In this document: piece after piece, positions 1 to 9,741 of the stretch | Numbering within the stretch: position 1 is the first letter of the stretch | Layout: every line of letters begins with the position of its first letter | Assembly: GCA_028599125.1 (NCBI GenBank) | Contig: JAQRMX010000011.1 | Location: 14,066 to 78,065 of the forward strand | Direction of reading: 5' to 3' | Length of the DNA: 64,000 nucleotides | Origin: Alphaproteobacteria bacterium | GTDB taxonomy: Bacteria; Pseudomonadota; Alphaproteobacteria; Rhizobiales; NORP267 | Program-made: the position numbers and the translations under genes | The notes under the pieces: generated by a model | What the model saw: only the letters and a program-made list of their open reading frames with translations | Databases searched by the model: none | Told to the model about the DNA's origin: nothing

Positions 1-172
1 TAGCGGGCATCAATCCGGACAGCAAGCCTACAGAAACAAAACAGACACAATCACCTCTCAATAAAGAAAATATCAAAAAATAAAAGACCCGAAAGAGGCC
101 GCTTTAGGAAAAAGAAGAATTTGATCTGTTGTGAAATACAAAATAAATGACTAAACAGTAAAAGGGAGCTGT

Positions 173-246
173 TGGGGCGTAGCCAAGCGGCAAGGCACCG
201 GTTTTTGGTTCCGGCATCGGAGGTTCGAATCCTCCCGCCCCAGCCA
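173..246 (+). tRNA. tRNA-Gln (anticodon TTG)
   Basis: Cloverleaf folded by eye: acceptor TGGGGCG/CGCCCCA, T-arm GGAGG-TTCGAAT-CCTCC, anticodon loop TTTTGGT giving TTG, encoded CCA end. Layout matches E. coli tRNA-Gln(UUG) as I remember it. Confidence 0.9.
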
Positions 247-343
247 GCGACGCTTTCCTCTTCTCTATAAGACGGCCTTCCCTGAGAAGACGTCTCCTCT
301 TTCAGATAACCTGCTTTAAGCGCAAGAGACATATACTTTGCAG

Positions 344-1936
344 CTATAGCTTCTTTCCGGGGAAGCCCTGGTAAGTCTTCACGTCATGAAATTGAATTCC
401 TGGGCTTTGAGCTTCAATCTCATAATTCAAAATAAAACCGGACGCCGCCATAAATACAGGAATGCCGTCAAGGTCTTCCGCAATTGAACTGTGATGACTC
501 TTCATGAACTGATCCAGTAAATTCTGATTAGAAGAAAAGATCCACCGCATAACCTGAAAACGCGAAGCCTCAAGCTTAATAGGCAAATTATATTCACTCG
601 CCATACGGGCTATCAAAACATCAAGCTGCAAGGGCCCCACAACACCAATCAGAGGAGGTGATCCATCAAGCGGATTGAAAACCTGAACAACACCTTCCTC
701 AGCAAGTTGCCTGATCGCCTCCTGCATCTTCTTGGCGAGCATTGCATCTCCAAGAGAAACACGGCAGAGACGCTCCGGAACAAAACTCGGAACCCCGTGA
801 AATTTTATTTCCTCTCCTCCAGTGAGGGTATCACCAATACGCAAAGATCCATGATTCGGAATCCCAACAACATCACCCGCAAACGCCTCTTCAACAACAC
901 GACGTTCTCGGGCAAAAAAGAATTGCGGCGCACGGAGAGAAACAGGCTTTCCTGTACGCGTCACCTTGGCTTTCATCCCTCTCTCAAGAACTCCAGACGT
1001 AACACGCATAAACGCAATCCGATCCCTGTGGTTCCGGTCCATATTTGCTTGAATCCTAAATATAAAACCAGTCATTCCCGGTTCACCCGGTTCAACAATC
1101 CTCTTGTCAGACATGTATGATCGCGGCGAGGGGGCAAATTTAATAATCGCGTCAATCAAATCGCGGACACCAATATCTTTCAGGGCACTACCAAAGAAAA
1201 CCGGAGACATAAAACCTTCCCGGTAAGCTTTCAGGTCAAATGAACGAGACATATCCCGTGCCAGAGAAATATCTTCCCTCTCCGCTTCCGCTCCTTCTTT
1301 TAGCAGCTCTTGCAAAGAAGAACCAACCGCGCCGGAGACCTTCAATGTTTTTTGGTCAACGCAGCGATAGATTTCATCATTAACAAGGTCATAAAGACCA
1401 GCCAAACTATGGCCGCAACCAATGGGCCAATTGAGAGGAACAAGATCGAGCGCAAGAGCTTTTTCAATTTCATCTATCAGGCTGAAAGGCTCACGGCTTT
1501 CCAAATCCACCTTGTTGATAAAAGTAATGATTGGAATGTCACGTAAACGACAGACTTCAAAAAGCTTAAGAGTCCGCGCTTCGATACCCTTGGCGGCGTC
1601 AATAACCATGACAGCAGAATCAACAGCACTGAGCGTACGATAAGTATCCTCGGAAAAATCCTCATGTCCAGGCGTATCCAACATGTTGAAAACATAATCA
1701 AGATAAGTGAATGTCATCACAGATGTCATGACAGAAATGCCACGCTGCTGTTCAATTTTCATCCAGTCTGACTTGGTCCGCCGTTGATGGGCCTTGGCGC
1801 GAACAGCACCGGCAAGCTGGAGAGCACCGCCAAAGAGCAGAAATTTCTCAGTGAGTGTGGTCTTTCCGGCATCCGGATGTGAGATAATCGCAAATGTACG
1901 GCGGCGAGCTAGCTCCTGCTCTCTTACGCTGGACAT
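344..1936 (-). CDS. prfC: peptide chain release factor 3 (translational GTPase)
   Basis: ORF 344..1993 has GTPase motifs AIISHPDAGKTT, DTPGHEDF and NKVD. Start moved to the ATG at 1936 (MSSVREQELARRRTFAIISHPDAGKTT), which has AAGGA 5 nt upstream. The 19 upstream codons look like read-through. Confidence 0.9.
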   Translation of the reverse strand: MSSVREQELARRRTFAIISHPDAGKTTLTEKFLLFGGALQLAGAVRAKAHQRRTKSDWMKIEQQRGISVMTSVMTFTYLDYVFNMLDTPGHEDFSEDTYRTLSAVDSAVMVIDAAKGIEARTLKLFEVCRLRDIPIITFINKVDLESREPFSLIDEIEKALALDLVPLNWPIGCGHSLAGLYDLVNDEIYRCVDQKTLKVSGAVGSSLQELLKEGAEAEREDISLARDMSRSFDLKAYREGFMSPVFFGSALKDIGVRDLIDAIIKFAPSPRSYMSDKRIVEPGEPGMTGFIFRIQANMDRNHRDRIAFMRVTSGVLERGMKAKVTRTGKPVSLRAPQFFFARERRVVEEAFAGDVVGIPNHGSLRIGDTLTGGEEIKFHGVPSFVPERLCRVSLGDAMLAKKMQEAIRQLAEEGVVQVFNPLDGSPPLIGVVGPLQLDVLIARMASEYNLPIKLEASRFQVMRWIFSSNQNLLDQFMKSHHSSIAEDLDGIPVFMAASGFILNYEIEAQSPGIQFHDVKTYQGFPGKKL

Positions 1937-2455
1937 AAACATCCTTTCCCGTTTCGTTGCTCCCTTTATCTCCCTCCCCCTGTGTCCTTTCAAGGTGGAT
2001 ATTATTCAAGGAGCAGGGATCAAAAACTAGTATGACGATATTTTATGACGATTGAAAGAGAAACAAAAAGATCATGCCCATCATCGCGGTCATGCCGTTT
2101 GAAGGGCGGATACATGCAAAAAAATAAAATGTCCTGCTAAAAGCTCTCATGGAATCGAAAGTATGAGGGGCGGGGAAACATCCTTTCCCACTAGAAAGAC
2201 AGCTGTAATAAAGCAGGGCTCGAGTCCTAAACGCTCAAGCAATCACTAAGGTAAACTGTATAGCCTGCTTTCTACACTTAGATTAGGTGCATTATAAATA
2301 ATCATTTTCTCCTCCCCGATTTCATCTTGGAAAGAGAAAAAACAAAAGAAAGGCACTCCCACTGGTTCAATAGAAAAGGGCTTTGTGATACATGAAGAAA
2401 AAAAACTCTAACCCCGCAACGGCATGACGAGATGACTGCTAAAAAGACGAAAAGC

Positions 2456-2866
2456 TTACTTTTTCTGTCCCAAGCCCATCTGCTTTGCCAAAGTGGAACG
2501 GGCTGCCGCATATTTAGGAGCAACCATGGGATAATCCGCAGGAAGAGACCACCTCTCCCTATATGCGTCAGGAGAAAGATCATAATGCGTTCGCAAATGC
2601 CTCTTTAAAGACTTGAAGCGCTTACCATCTTCCAAACAAACCAGATATTCCGGGGTAATCGACTTCTTTGGATTAACTGCTGGTTTAGGAACTTCAAGAG
2701 GGTCCTTAACATTACCTTCAGATAATTTCCACAAGGCAGAGTGAACACTATGAATTATTTGAGGCAAATCAGCAGCAACCACAACATTGTTACTTACATA
2801 AGCTGAAACTATATTGACAGAATATTCTATTACATTATTATACTCAAGATTTTCAATAGTACTCAT
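2456..2866 (-). CDS. mucR: Ros/MucR family transcriptional regulator (zinc-finger type)
   Basis: C-terminal signature LVCLEDGKRFKSLKRHLRTHYDLSPDAYRERWSLPADYPMVAPKYAAARSTLAKQMGLG and N-terminal IVSAYVSNNVV are typical Ros/MucR. Start placed at the internal ATG (MSTIENLEY...) to match the usual ~140 aa length. The ORF track extends to 2896. Confidence 0.85.
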   Translation of the reverse strand: MSTIENLEYNNVIEYSVNIVSAYVSNNVVVAADLPQIIHSVHSALWKLSEGNVKDPLEVPKPAVNPKKSITPEYLVCLEDGKRFKSLKRHLRTHYDLSPDAYRERWSLPADYPMVAPKYAAARSTLAKQMGLGQKK

Positions 2867-3381
2867 CTTTAAAACTTTCTTTCTATCTGCGAACAACAGA
2901 CACTATCAAGTTAAAGGGAAAGAAAAATCCTTCCCCCTCACAGATTCCTAAGATTGAAATTAAACCCGCGAAATTAAGGATTACCTATAAGGTATAATCT
3001 ATAGAATAAAGATTATTATACATAAAATAAAACCGAATTGCAATAAATTTGTACAGACAATCAGAATAGAAAAAAATAATTAAATATTAAATTCATTTGA
3101 TCAATTTTTAGTTGCATTTAGAGTTCGCATCAAATAACGAATATTATAGCTAATGCTATTTTTCAAATATAAATATATAATATATATATCGTTGCTTTGG
3201 AGTTCGAAATAAAAAAGAGCATTCATTTCAAATAGATTTTTCATAGAAATTTAAAAATGACAAAAAAAATCCTAAAAATAAAAAACGAGAATTATACATT
3301 GATATAAATATCCCCTTCTCTTCAGGGAAATAAATAAATAAAAACATCAAAAATAAAACAGATAAAATACAGGAAAGAAGA

Positions 3382-3406
3382 CAAAAAATGTTTCTTGCAA
3401 AGAAAC
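3382..3406 (-). terminator. putative Rho-independent terminator of the mrp-like operon
   Basis: The minus strand reads GTTTCTT-tgc-AAGAAAC followed by ATTTTTTGT, about 60 nt after the stop at 3466. The stem is AT-rich and only 7 bp. Confidence 0.4.
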
Positions 3407-3465
3407 GCCTAAGTTAGTAAAAAAAAGAACGAAAGTAATTTTCTTCAAAAGAAAACAAAAAAAGC

Positions 3466-5172
3466 CTAATTGATAACCGTATTCAAAAAATACACAAACA
3501 GACAACTTCCCAAAAGCAATATCGTTCCAAAGACCATTACGCCTGTTGGCCAGCTATGGACAACAATTCCCCTTGGCCCATGATAACGGTAAAGAGCAGA
3601 AACAAACTCATCAAAAACAAAGGCTGAATATTCAAGAAAAAACCGGCGTATCAAACGACACAGTAAAAGAACACGCCACGCAATCAAAGGTATAACCTTA
3701 CGGTATGTCCATTCAAAATCAAGATTAACGCCCGGCAATTCCGGAGGGTAAAGGCTAAAAAGATTGAGAAAACAAAAAGCAAGAGCAGAAAAAAACAAAA
3801 GCTGGAGCTGTGTTAGGACATGAGCGAACGTGTAAGGCTCATAGCTGACCACATAAGGCAGATAACTGTAAAGCAGATACGGATAAATACCGTTAAAAAT
3901 ACAGATCGCAGATGAAAGACCCATCGCCAGAAGCATATTACGCGGTGCCTCTTTGCACCTAATGCCACTATCATGCGCAAAAAAGGCGAAAAAAGGGATC
4001 TTTATTCCGGCGTGGTGAAAAACACCCGCAGATGCAAACAATAATGCAAGCCAAACAGTGAAATAATGTTCCTCCATAACCGCAACCATCACCATTGATT
4101 TGGAAACAAAACCGGAAAAAAGAGGAAAAGCAGAAATAGAGGCCGCGCCCACAAGGCAAAAACCCGTCGTCCAGGGCATGGATTTGTAAAGACCGCCAAG
4201 AGCAGAGCCGTCCATCTTGCCGCTACGAAACAGAACAGCACCCATGCTCATAAACAAAAGACCTTTGAAAATTACATCATTAAAAGCATGAGCAACAGCT
4301 CCATTAATACCCATCTCTGTTCCAATGCCAATACCGCAAATCATGAAGCCAAGTTGATTAATGAGCGAATAAGACAGAACGCGACGCAAATCATTCTCAA
4401 TCACTGCGTAAAAAATCGGAAACATTGCCATAAAAACACCGATATAAATCAAGAGTTCTGTCCCCGGATAAGAGCGCGCAAGAAGACAAATACCGACCTT
4501 CGTTGTGAACGAACTCAGCAATACCGTCCCTGTCGGTGTCGCTTCCGGATAAGCATCTGTCAGCCAATTGTGAAAAAAAGGAAAAGCTGACTTAATGCCA
4601 AAAGCAAAAAGAAGGAGCCATGAAGACAGATCAACCAGACCAATTTCATTAAAGGAAAACGACCCCCTTTCGTAGAAATACAAGGCCGTACCAGAAAATA
4701 AAAGAACGCCGGAAAAAACCTGAAAAACAAGATAGCGAACAGAAGCCCCATAGGAACGCGCTGTTCCCCGAGCCAAAATCAAAAACACTGAAGTAAATGC
4801 AAGTATCTCCCAGAAAACAAGTAAAGTTAATAAATCACCTGCAAAAACAGCGCCAAGTGCACTCCCTACATAAAGAAGGCCCGCAACCTGCTGGACCCGA
4901 TCTTTAACGTGCAAGGAGAAAATAAGTCCCAAAAACGCAGCAATATGGAATAAAAATCCGAATAAAAAACTCAGCCGGTCAAGGCGCGTGATGGTGAGAA
5001 CTTCACCAAACAGGGAGAGCGTGTGAACTGTTTCTCCCTCTAGAAAAAGCAAATTGATAAGGCCAAATAGGGGCGCCAACAGTAAAATCGCAAATCGTAA
5101 TCTGCCATTCGTTCCAAGTACAAAAAGAGCCGCAATATAAAAAATCAAAAAAGGAGGAAGATCAATCATCAT
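3466..5172 (-). CDS. Mrp/complex-I antiporter-like subunit (NuoL/MrpA-MrpD family, 568 aa, with C-terminal amphipathic segment plus a final TM helix)
   Basis: Polytopic membrane protein with the proton-conducting transporter core (WEILAFTSVFLI, GAVAHAFNDVIFKGLLFM, SGFVSK). Last gene of the operon. Overlaps the upstream gene by 11 nt. Confidence 0.8.
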   Translation of the reverse strand: MMIDLPPFLIFYIAALFVLGTNGRLRFAILLLAPLFGLINLLFLEGETVHTLSLFGEVLTITRLDRLSFLFGFLFHIAAFLGLIFSLHVKDRVQQVAGLLYVGSALGAVFAGDLLTLLVFWEILAFTSVFLILARGTARSYGASVRYLVFQVFSGVLLFSGTALYFYERGSFSFNEIGLVDLSSWLLLFAFGIKSAFPFFHNWLTDAYPEATPTGTVLLSSFTTKVGICLLARSYPGTELLIYIGVFMAMFPIFYAVIENDLRRVLSYSLINQLGFMICGIGIGTEMGINGAVAHAFNDVIFKGLLFMSMGAVLFRSGKMDGSALGGLYKSMPWTTGFCLVGAASISAFPLFSGFVSKSMVMVAVMEEHYFTVWLALLFASAGVFHHAGIKIPFFAFFAHDSGIRCKEAPRNMLLAMGLSSAICIFNGIYPYLLYSYLPYVVSYEPYTFAHVLTQLQLLFFSALAFCFLNLFSLYPPELPGVNLDFEWTYRKVIPLIAWRVLLLCRLIRRFFLEYSAFVFDEFVSALYRYHGPRGIVVHSWPTGVMVFGTILLLGSCLFVYFLNTVIN

Positions 5173-5413
5173 AATAATCTTCCCCTCTCATCAGAAACAT
5201 ACGCATAATTTTCGCAAGCATCACGAGAAGAACACAGGCAACAAAACCGTAAACGCCGTAAAAGCCAAAAAGAGCCTCCCAGGGATGATCAACATGACGA
5301 TCAATAAAAAAATCTCCTAGAATAGAAAGGGCGCAAGCTGAATAAAGCATGTAAATCAAGCGGCGTACATTACGGGGATTATCAAAAATATGCTTCCCAT
5401 CAGGATCATTCAT
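5162..5413 (-). CDS. small two-TM membrane protein inside the mrp-like operon (unknown function)
   Basis: 83-aa ORF with AAGGAA 8 nt before the ATG and two hydrophobic helices (LIYMLYSACALSILGDFFI and GVYGFVACVLLVMLAKIM). Packed tightly between two MrpD-like genes. Confidence 0.6.
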   Translation of the reverse strand: MNDPDGKHIFDNPRNVRRLIYMLYSACALSILGDFFIDRHVDHPWEALFGFYGVYGFVACVLLVMLAKIMRMFLMRGEDYYDD

Positions 5414-5425
5414 GAAAATAGTTCC

Positions 5426-6895
5426 TTACCTCATCTCAATCATGTTCATCAAATCAAGCACGCAACCGGGAAAGAAAAAGAAAAAAAGACAAGAAAATGA
5501 CGTCAATCCTATAGCAATCAGACATGCCAGAGGGGCTTCCTGAATCCTCGAAGAACGTAAAGCATTGTCCGGCAAGGGACAGAAAAAAGCACGAAATGGA
5601 ATGGGAAGCAAATACATCACATTCAATAGTGTCGAAAGCATCAGAAAGACAACAATCAAAAGCTGGTCCGCTTCCAATGCACCAAGCACAAGGTGCCATT
5701 TGCTCCACATACCACCGAAAAGGGGAAACCCGATGAGACTCAATGAACCAACCAGAAAGCCCGCAAAAGTAAATGGCATCAAACGACCCAGACCATCCAT
5801 TTCACTTATCAGAGTCTTACGGGAAGATAGATAGATCGCACCCGCGCAAAAAAAGAGCGTAATTTTACCCAGAGCATGCATAAGAATGTGCATTCCCCCG
5901 CCAACAAGAGAAAGCTTTGTCGCCAGGGTTGCAGCAAGAACGATGTAAGCCAATTGGCTGATCGTCGAATAAGCAAGGCGGGCTTTCAGATTATCTTTCA
6001 TCATAGCAATCAGAGAGGCCAGAAGGAGAGAAAATGCCGGTAGATAAATTAACCAGCGCGCCTCAGCTATATTTCCAAGAAGGTCAATCCCAAAAATATA
6101 AATAACAATCTTTAGAATGCCAAAAACCCCAACCTTCACAACAGCAACAGCATGAAGAAGAGCACTCACAGGGGTCGGCGCTACCATCGCAGCAGGAAGC
6201 CAGAAATGAACGGGCATGAGTGCCGCTTTTCCGAGTCCAAACAAAAACAGAAGAAAAAGAAAAAAAACAGAAAGTGAATCAAGCTTCCCCTCAAGAATAC
6301 CGCCGGGAGTAAAATCAAGCGTAGACGCGACTGAAGACGTCCAGAAAATCGCCGGAAGAAAAAAGAGAGTCGATGTCGACAAAAGGAGTAAAAGATAGAG
6401 ACGACCGGCACGCTGCGCTTCACTGTTCCTTTTATGCGTGACTAATGGATAGGTCGACAGAGTCAACAGCTCATAGCCAATGAAAAATGTAAATAGGTTC
6501 GCCGCAAAAGCGACAATCATCACGCCTCCGATTGCAATAGAAAAATAAAAATAAAAACTTGTCTGACGAGGCTCCTTATTCCCTCGCATATAACCAATCG
6601 AATAAATAGAATTGATAATCCACAATGATGAGGCCAGAAGTGAAAATAGGAGACCCAGAGGTTCTACCTTAAATCCAATATCCAGCCCCCCCTGACCTAT
6701 GGAAAAAAGCTTCAGCTCCAGAACAGAACCAGTCTGAAACAGAAACAAGATCGTTAGAATAACAGCTAGCAAAAGAAAGCCGGTCACAATCGTTACACTT
6801 TCCCGTGCATTTGGCGCATGAGAAAGAAAAGAAAGGAAAACACCGCCAGTAAAAGGCAATAAAAGAGCACATAAAATGAGAAAATCAGCTGTCAT
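5426..6895 (-). CDS. mrpD: Mrp subunit D-like antiporter protein (NuoM/N family), copy 2
   Basis: 489-aa polytopic protein with motifs PVHFWLPAAMVAPTPVSALLHA, YSTISQLAYIV and HALGKITLFFCAG. 4-nt overlap with the upstream gene. Confidence 0.85.
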   Translation of the reverse strand: MTADFLILCALLLPFTGGVFLSFLSHAPNARESVTIVTGFLLLAVILTILFLFQTGSVLELKLFSIGQGGLDIGFKVEPLGLLFSLLASSLWIINSIYSIGYMRGNKEPRQTSFYFYFSIAIGGVMIVAFAANLFTFFIGYELLTLSTYPLVTHKRNSEAQRAGRLYLLLLLSTSTLFFLPAIFWTSSVASTLDFTPGGILEGKLDSLSVFFLFLLFLFGLGKAALMPVHFWLPAAMVAPTPVSALLHAVAVVKVGVFGILKIVIYIFGIDLLGNIAEARWLIYLPAFSLLLASLIAMMKDNLKARLAYSTISQLAYIVLAATLATKLSLVGGGMHILMHALGKITLFFCAGAIYLSSRKTLISEMDGLGRLMPFTFAGFLVGSLSLIGFPLFGGMWSKWHLVLGALEADQLLIVVFLMLSTLLNVMYLLPIPFRAFFCPLPDNALRSSRIQEAPLACLIAIGLTSFSCLFFFFFPGCVLDLMNMIEMR

Positions 6896-8376
6896 CCCGA
6901 ACCCATGAGCAATGTTTCCGCTACCTTTGAAGCCATCCCGACCGAAAAACGGGTATCAAAACCGAAATAGATAGAAGACAAGGCCAAAACCCAGAGAGGA
7001 ACAAGCATTGAAGCGGGAGCTTCCCTCACATTCACAGAAGAAGACGATGGCTCTCCGAAATACGCAACCTCCAAGATGCGACCCATATAGATTACGGCAA
7101 TGACAGATGAAAAAACAAGCAAAATAACAAGAGGCCACATCCCCCGCTCAAGGGCTCCTTGCGCCAAGTACCATTTGGAAACAAAGCCTGCCGTACCGGG
7201 CAACCCAATCAGACTGACAGAAGCCAAAACAAAGGCTGCCATAGTAAGGGGCATCTGCTTTCCTATCCCCGACAGATTCCTCAGATGGACATCACCCAAA
7301 CGATAAAAAACAGAACCAACCGCCAGAAAAAGCGCACTCTTTATAAGGGCATGATTAAAAAAATGCACAATGGCACCAGTCAGACCAGAGAGATTCGCAA
7401 GATAAATACCAAGCATCATGTATCCGACCTGCGCCACAGACGAATAAGCAAGAACACGCTTTACATTATCCTGAAAAACCGCTGCCACTGAAGCAATAAT
7501 AATCCCCAGAACCGCTAGAAAGAAAAACACTGATATGACAGGAGCCGTAACGTATTCAAAGCTCACACCAAAGACCCTGAAAATGAAAATCACAAGCAGA
7601 TAACCGGAAACCTTGGTTGCTGTTCCGGACAAAATCGCCGCAGAAAAACACGGCGCGTAAGCATACGCATTGGGCAACCACAAATGCAGCGGGAATAAAG
7701 CAAATTTCACGCCGAGACCAACAAATAAAAATACAAATGCCGCCAGAACAGGGCGCATAGACTCGACGTCCCTTAGGCGTTCCGAGATATCAACCAGATT
7801 AAGAGTCCCAGTCATAATGTAAAGAAGGCCAACGGCAATAACGTAAAAAGACGCACCTATCGTCCCTATAATCAGATATTGATAGGCGGCAACCAGAGCA
7901 TTACGATCGCGCCCCATAGCAATCATCCCGTAAGATGACAATGAAGAAATCTCCATGAATACAAACGCATTGAAAGCATCACCCGTCATGATGATACCGA
8001 ACAGGCCGGTGATAAAAAGGAGATATAGACTATAAAAGAAAGGCTGATTCCCCGGACTGACTTCAGAGGCAATGCTCAAACGCGCATAAGGGACCGCTAC
8101 GACGCAAATAAAAGAAACTATAATGAGCATGAAACAAGTGAAAAAATCAACTCGGTATTCAATTCCGAAGGGGGCAACCCAGCCTCCAATTTCATACGTA
8201 AACGGACCGCTAGAGAGAAGCTGGAAAAGAAGCGCGAAAGCAATGAAGGGCATAGCGGAACTGACCAGAAATGTTACCATCCAGGAAACAGTTCCGCTCC
8301 GCACAACAGCCACAATCAGCGCTGCCAATAATGGCACCACAACCTGTAAAACAGGAAGATGTGAAACAATCATCAC
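6892..8376 (-). CDS. mrpD: Mrp subunit D-like antiporter protein (NuoM/N family), copy 1
   Basis: 494-aa polytopic protein with motifs PLHLWLPNAYAYAP, AYSSVAQVGYMMLG, HFFNHALIKSALFLAVG and GFVSKW. 1-nt overlap with the mrpC-like gene. Confidence 0.85.
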   Translation of the reverse strand: MMIVSHLPVLQVVVPLLAALIVAVVRSGTVSWMVTFLVSSAMPFIAFALLFQLLSSGPFTYEIGGWVAPFGIEYRVDFFTCFMLIIVSFICVVAVPYARLSIASEVSPGNQPFFYSLYLLFITGLFGIIMTGDAFNAFVFMEISSLSSYGMIAMGRDRNALVAAYQYLIIGTIGASFYVIAVGLLYIMTGTLNLVDISERLRDVESMRPVLAAFVFLFVGLGVKFALFPLHLWLPNAYAYAPCFSAAILSGTATKVSGYLLVIFIFRVFGVSFEYVTAPVISVFFFLAVLGIIIASVAAVFQDNVKRVLAYSSVAQVGYMMLGIYLANLSGLTGAIVHFFNHALIKSALFLAVGSVFYRLGDVHLRNLSGIGKQMPLTMAAFVLASVSLIGLPGTAGFVSKWYLAQGALERGMWPLVILLVFSSVIAVIYMGRILEVAYFGEPSSSSVNVREAPASMLVPLWVLALSSIYFGFDTRFSVGMASKVAETLLMGSG

Positions 8377-8741
8377 TAAACATTCCCGTCAAATAATTCA
8401 TCTTCTTCTATCGTGCCAAATTCCTCATTGATCCGGACAACCAAAGCTAAACCAACGGAAAGAGTTGCAACGCCAACAACAATGGCTGTCAAAATCAGAA
8501 CTTGCGGCAAAGGATTTGAATAAATGGCCCCGGGCTTATCATACATGATGATCGGAACTGTTCCCCCTGTAATCTTGGAAGGAGAGAGATAAAGAAGATA
8601 GATTGTCGTCTGAAACAAATTCAGGCCGACAAGCTTTTTGATCATGTTACTTCTCATAACTATGATGTAAAGGCTTGATACCATCAGAAAAATTGTAATC
8701 ATGTAACTGTAATGAACGATAAACCAATCTGGGAAATACAT
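8376..8741 (-). CDS. mrpC: Mrp subunit C (NuoK-like)
   Basis: 121-aa, three-TM protein (LVGLNLFQTTIYLLYL...LPQVLILTAIVVGVATLSVGLALVV) in the expected position before the D subunits. Confidence 0.8.
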   Translation of the reverse strand: MYFPDWFIVHYSYMITIFLMVSSLYIIVMRSNMIKKLVGLNLFQTTIYLLYLSPSKITGGTVPIIMYDKPGAIYSNPLPQVLILTAIVVGVATLSVGLALVVRINEEFGTIEEDELFDGNV

Positions 8742-9160
8742 TAACGCCCCCGTCCCACAAATGCGTAAAAGATCCCTGTCATAGTACCGGTTACAGTAAT
8801 CAGAACACCGGTTTCAACGAAAAATATACCCCACTCCTGACCATGAATCTGATCATGCGCCAAAACCGAGTATTCAAGGTAATTGCCTCCCAGAATCATC
8901 GTCAAAATACCGGTACTAAGATAAATTAGAACACCCGCAGACATCATCAACCGCAAATAACGGAGCGGAACAATCTGATGTACCGGAAAAAGACCAAAAA
9001 CAAGAGCATAAATAATAATAGCAGAGGCGATAATGACACCCGCCTGAAATCCACCGCCGGGTCCGTAATCGCCATGAAACTGTATGTAAAGGCCAAAAAG
9101 AAGAATGAAAGGCAAAAACATCTTGACACTGACACGGGCAATAATATCAAATTTCATCAC
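8741..9160 (-). CDS. mrpB: Mrp subunit B (MnhB core domain)
   Basis: 139 aa with the MnhB signature FILLFGLYIQFHGDYGPGGGFQAGVI. Confidence 0.8.
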   Translation of the reverse strand: MMKFDIIARVSVKMFLPFILLFGLYIQFHGDYGPGGGFQAGVIIASAIIIYALVFGLFPVHQIVPLRYLRLMMSAGVLIYLSTGILTMILGGNYLEYSVLAHDQIHGQEWGIFFVETGVLITVTGTMTGIFYAFVGRGR

Positions 9161-9741
9161 TCTAATCCCGAAACGCTATCTGAGCCTGAAATACTATCTG
9201 ATCTTGAAACTTTCTTTTTTGCTATACGTGACCCTTGAAGAAGAACAAGAACAGCAATTCCTGCAGCAAAAATGACAGTCACTTCACCAAGCGTGTCATA
9301 GCCGCGATAACTCGCAAGAACCGATGTAACCACATTGGGGACACCTGTATCTTTAAGGCTGTTATCAAGATAATAGGCGGAAACATGCGTATGAGACGGC
9401 AAATCCGCAATAGCAAGGGGCAGAAGATCCCAGGTCGCAAAGATCAGAACACCAGTGACGACCATAAAAAATAGCGGGAAGGCCCTCATACGCACAAGCC
9501 TGATCTCTTCCTCCTTCGTGGAGTAAAGGACGCTAAGCATCAGAACCGTTGAAAGCCCACCGCCGACAGCCGCTTCCGTCATTGCCACATCCACTGCGTC
9601 AAGGACAAGCAGGAGCCCAACCATCAAAAGGGAATAAATGCCCCCGAAAATCACGACCGCGAACAGGTTGCGTAGCCGAATAATACCGATCATAACTACG
9701 GCCAGCAGTGTCATGAGCACCATGCCAATTATTGATTGCAT
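9157..9741 (-). CDS. DUF4040 (MrpA C-terminal/MbhD-like) fused to an MnhB N-terminal-like segment
   Basis: The N-terminal half (RNLFAVVIFGGIYSLLMVGLLLVLDAVDVAMTEAAVGGGLS) resembles DUF4040. The C-terminal half (PNVVTSVLASYRGYDTLGEVTVIFAAGIAVLVLL) resembles the MnhB N-region. GAGGAGG lies 7 nt before the ATG. Confidence 0.7.
   Translation of the reverse strand: MQSIIGMVLMTLLAVVMIGIIRLRNLFAVVIFGGIYSLLMVGLLLVLDAVDVAMTEAAVGGGLSTVLMLSVLYSTKEEEIRLVRMRAFPLFFMVVTGVLIFATWDLLPLAIADLPSHTHVSAYYLDNSLKDTGVPNVVTSVLASYRGYDTLGEVTVIFAAGIAVLVLLQGSRIAKKKVSRSDSISGSDSVSGLE

Noticed and set aside
51-332. 93-aa minus-strand ORF
   Set aside because: It runs straight across the tRNA-Gln gene (173..246), and its sequence is a translation of tRNA and spacer. 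It has no RBS or protein-like composition.
247-343. Possible bidirectional terminator between tRNA-Gln and prfC (CTTCTC...GAGAAG)
   Set aside because: The stems are short and interrupted and no T-run follows, so I could not support a terminator call.
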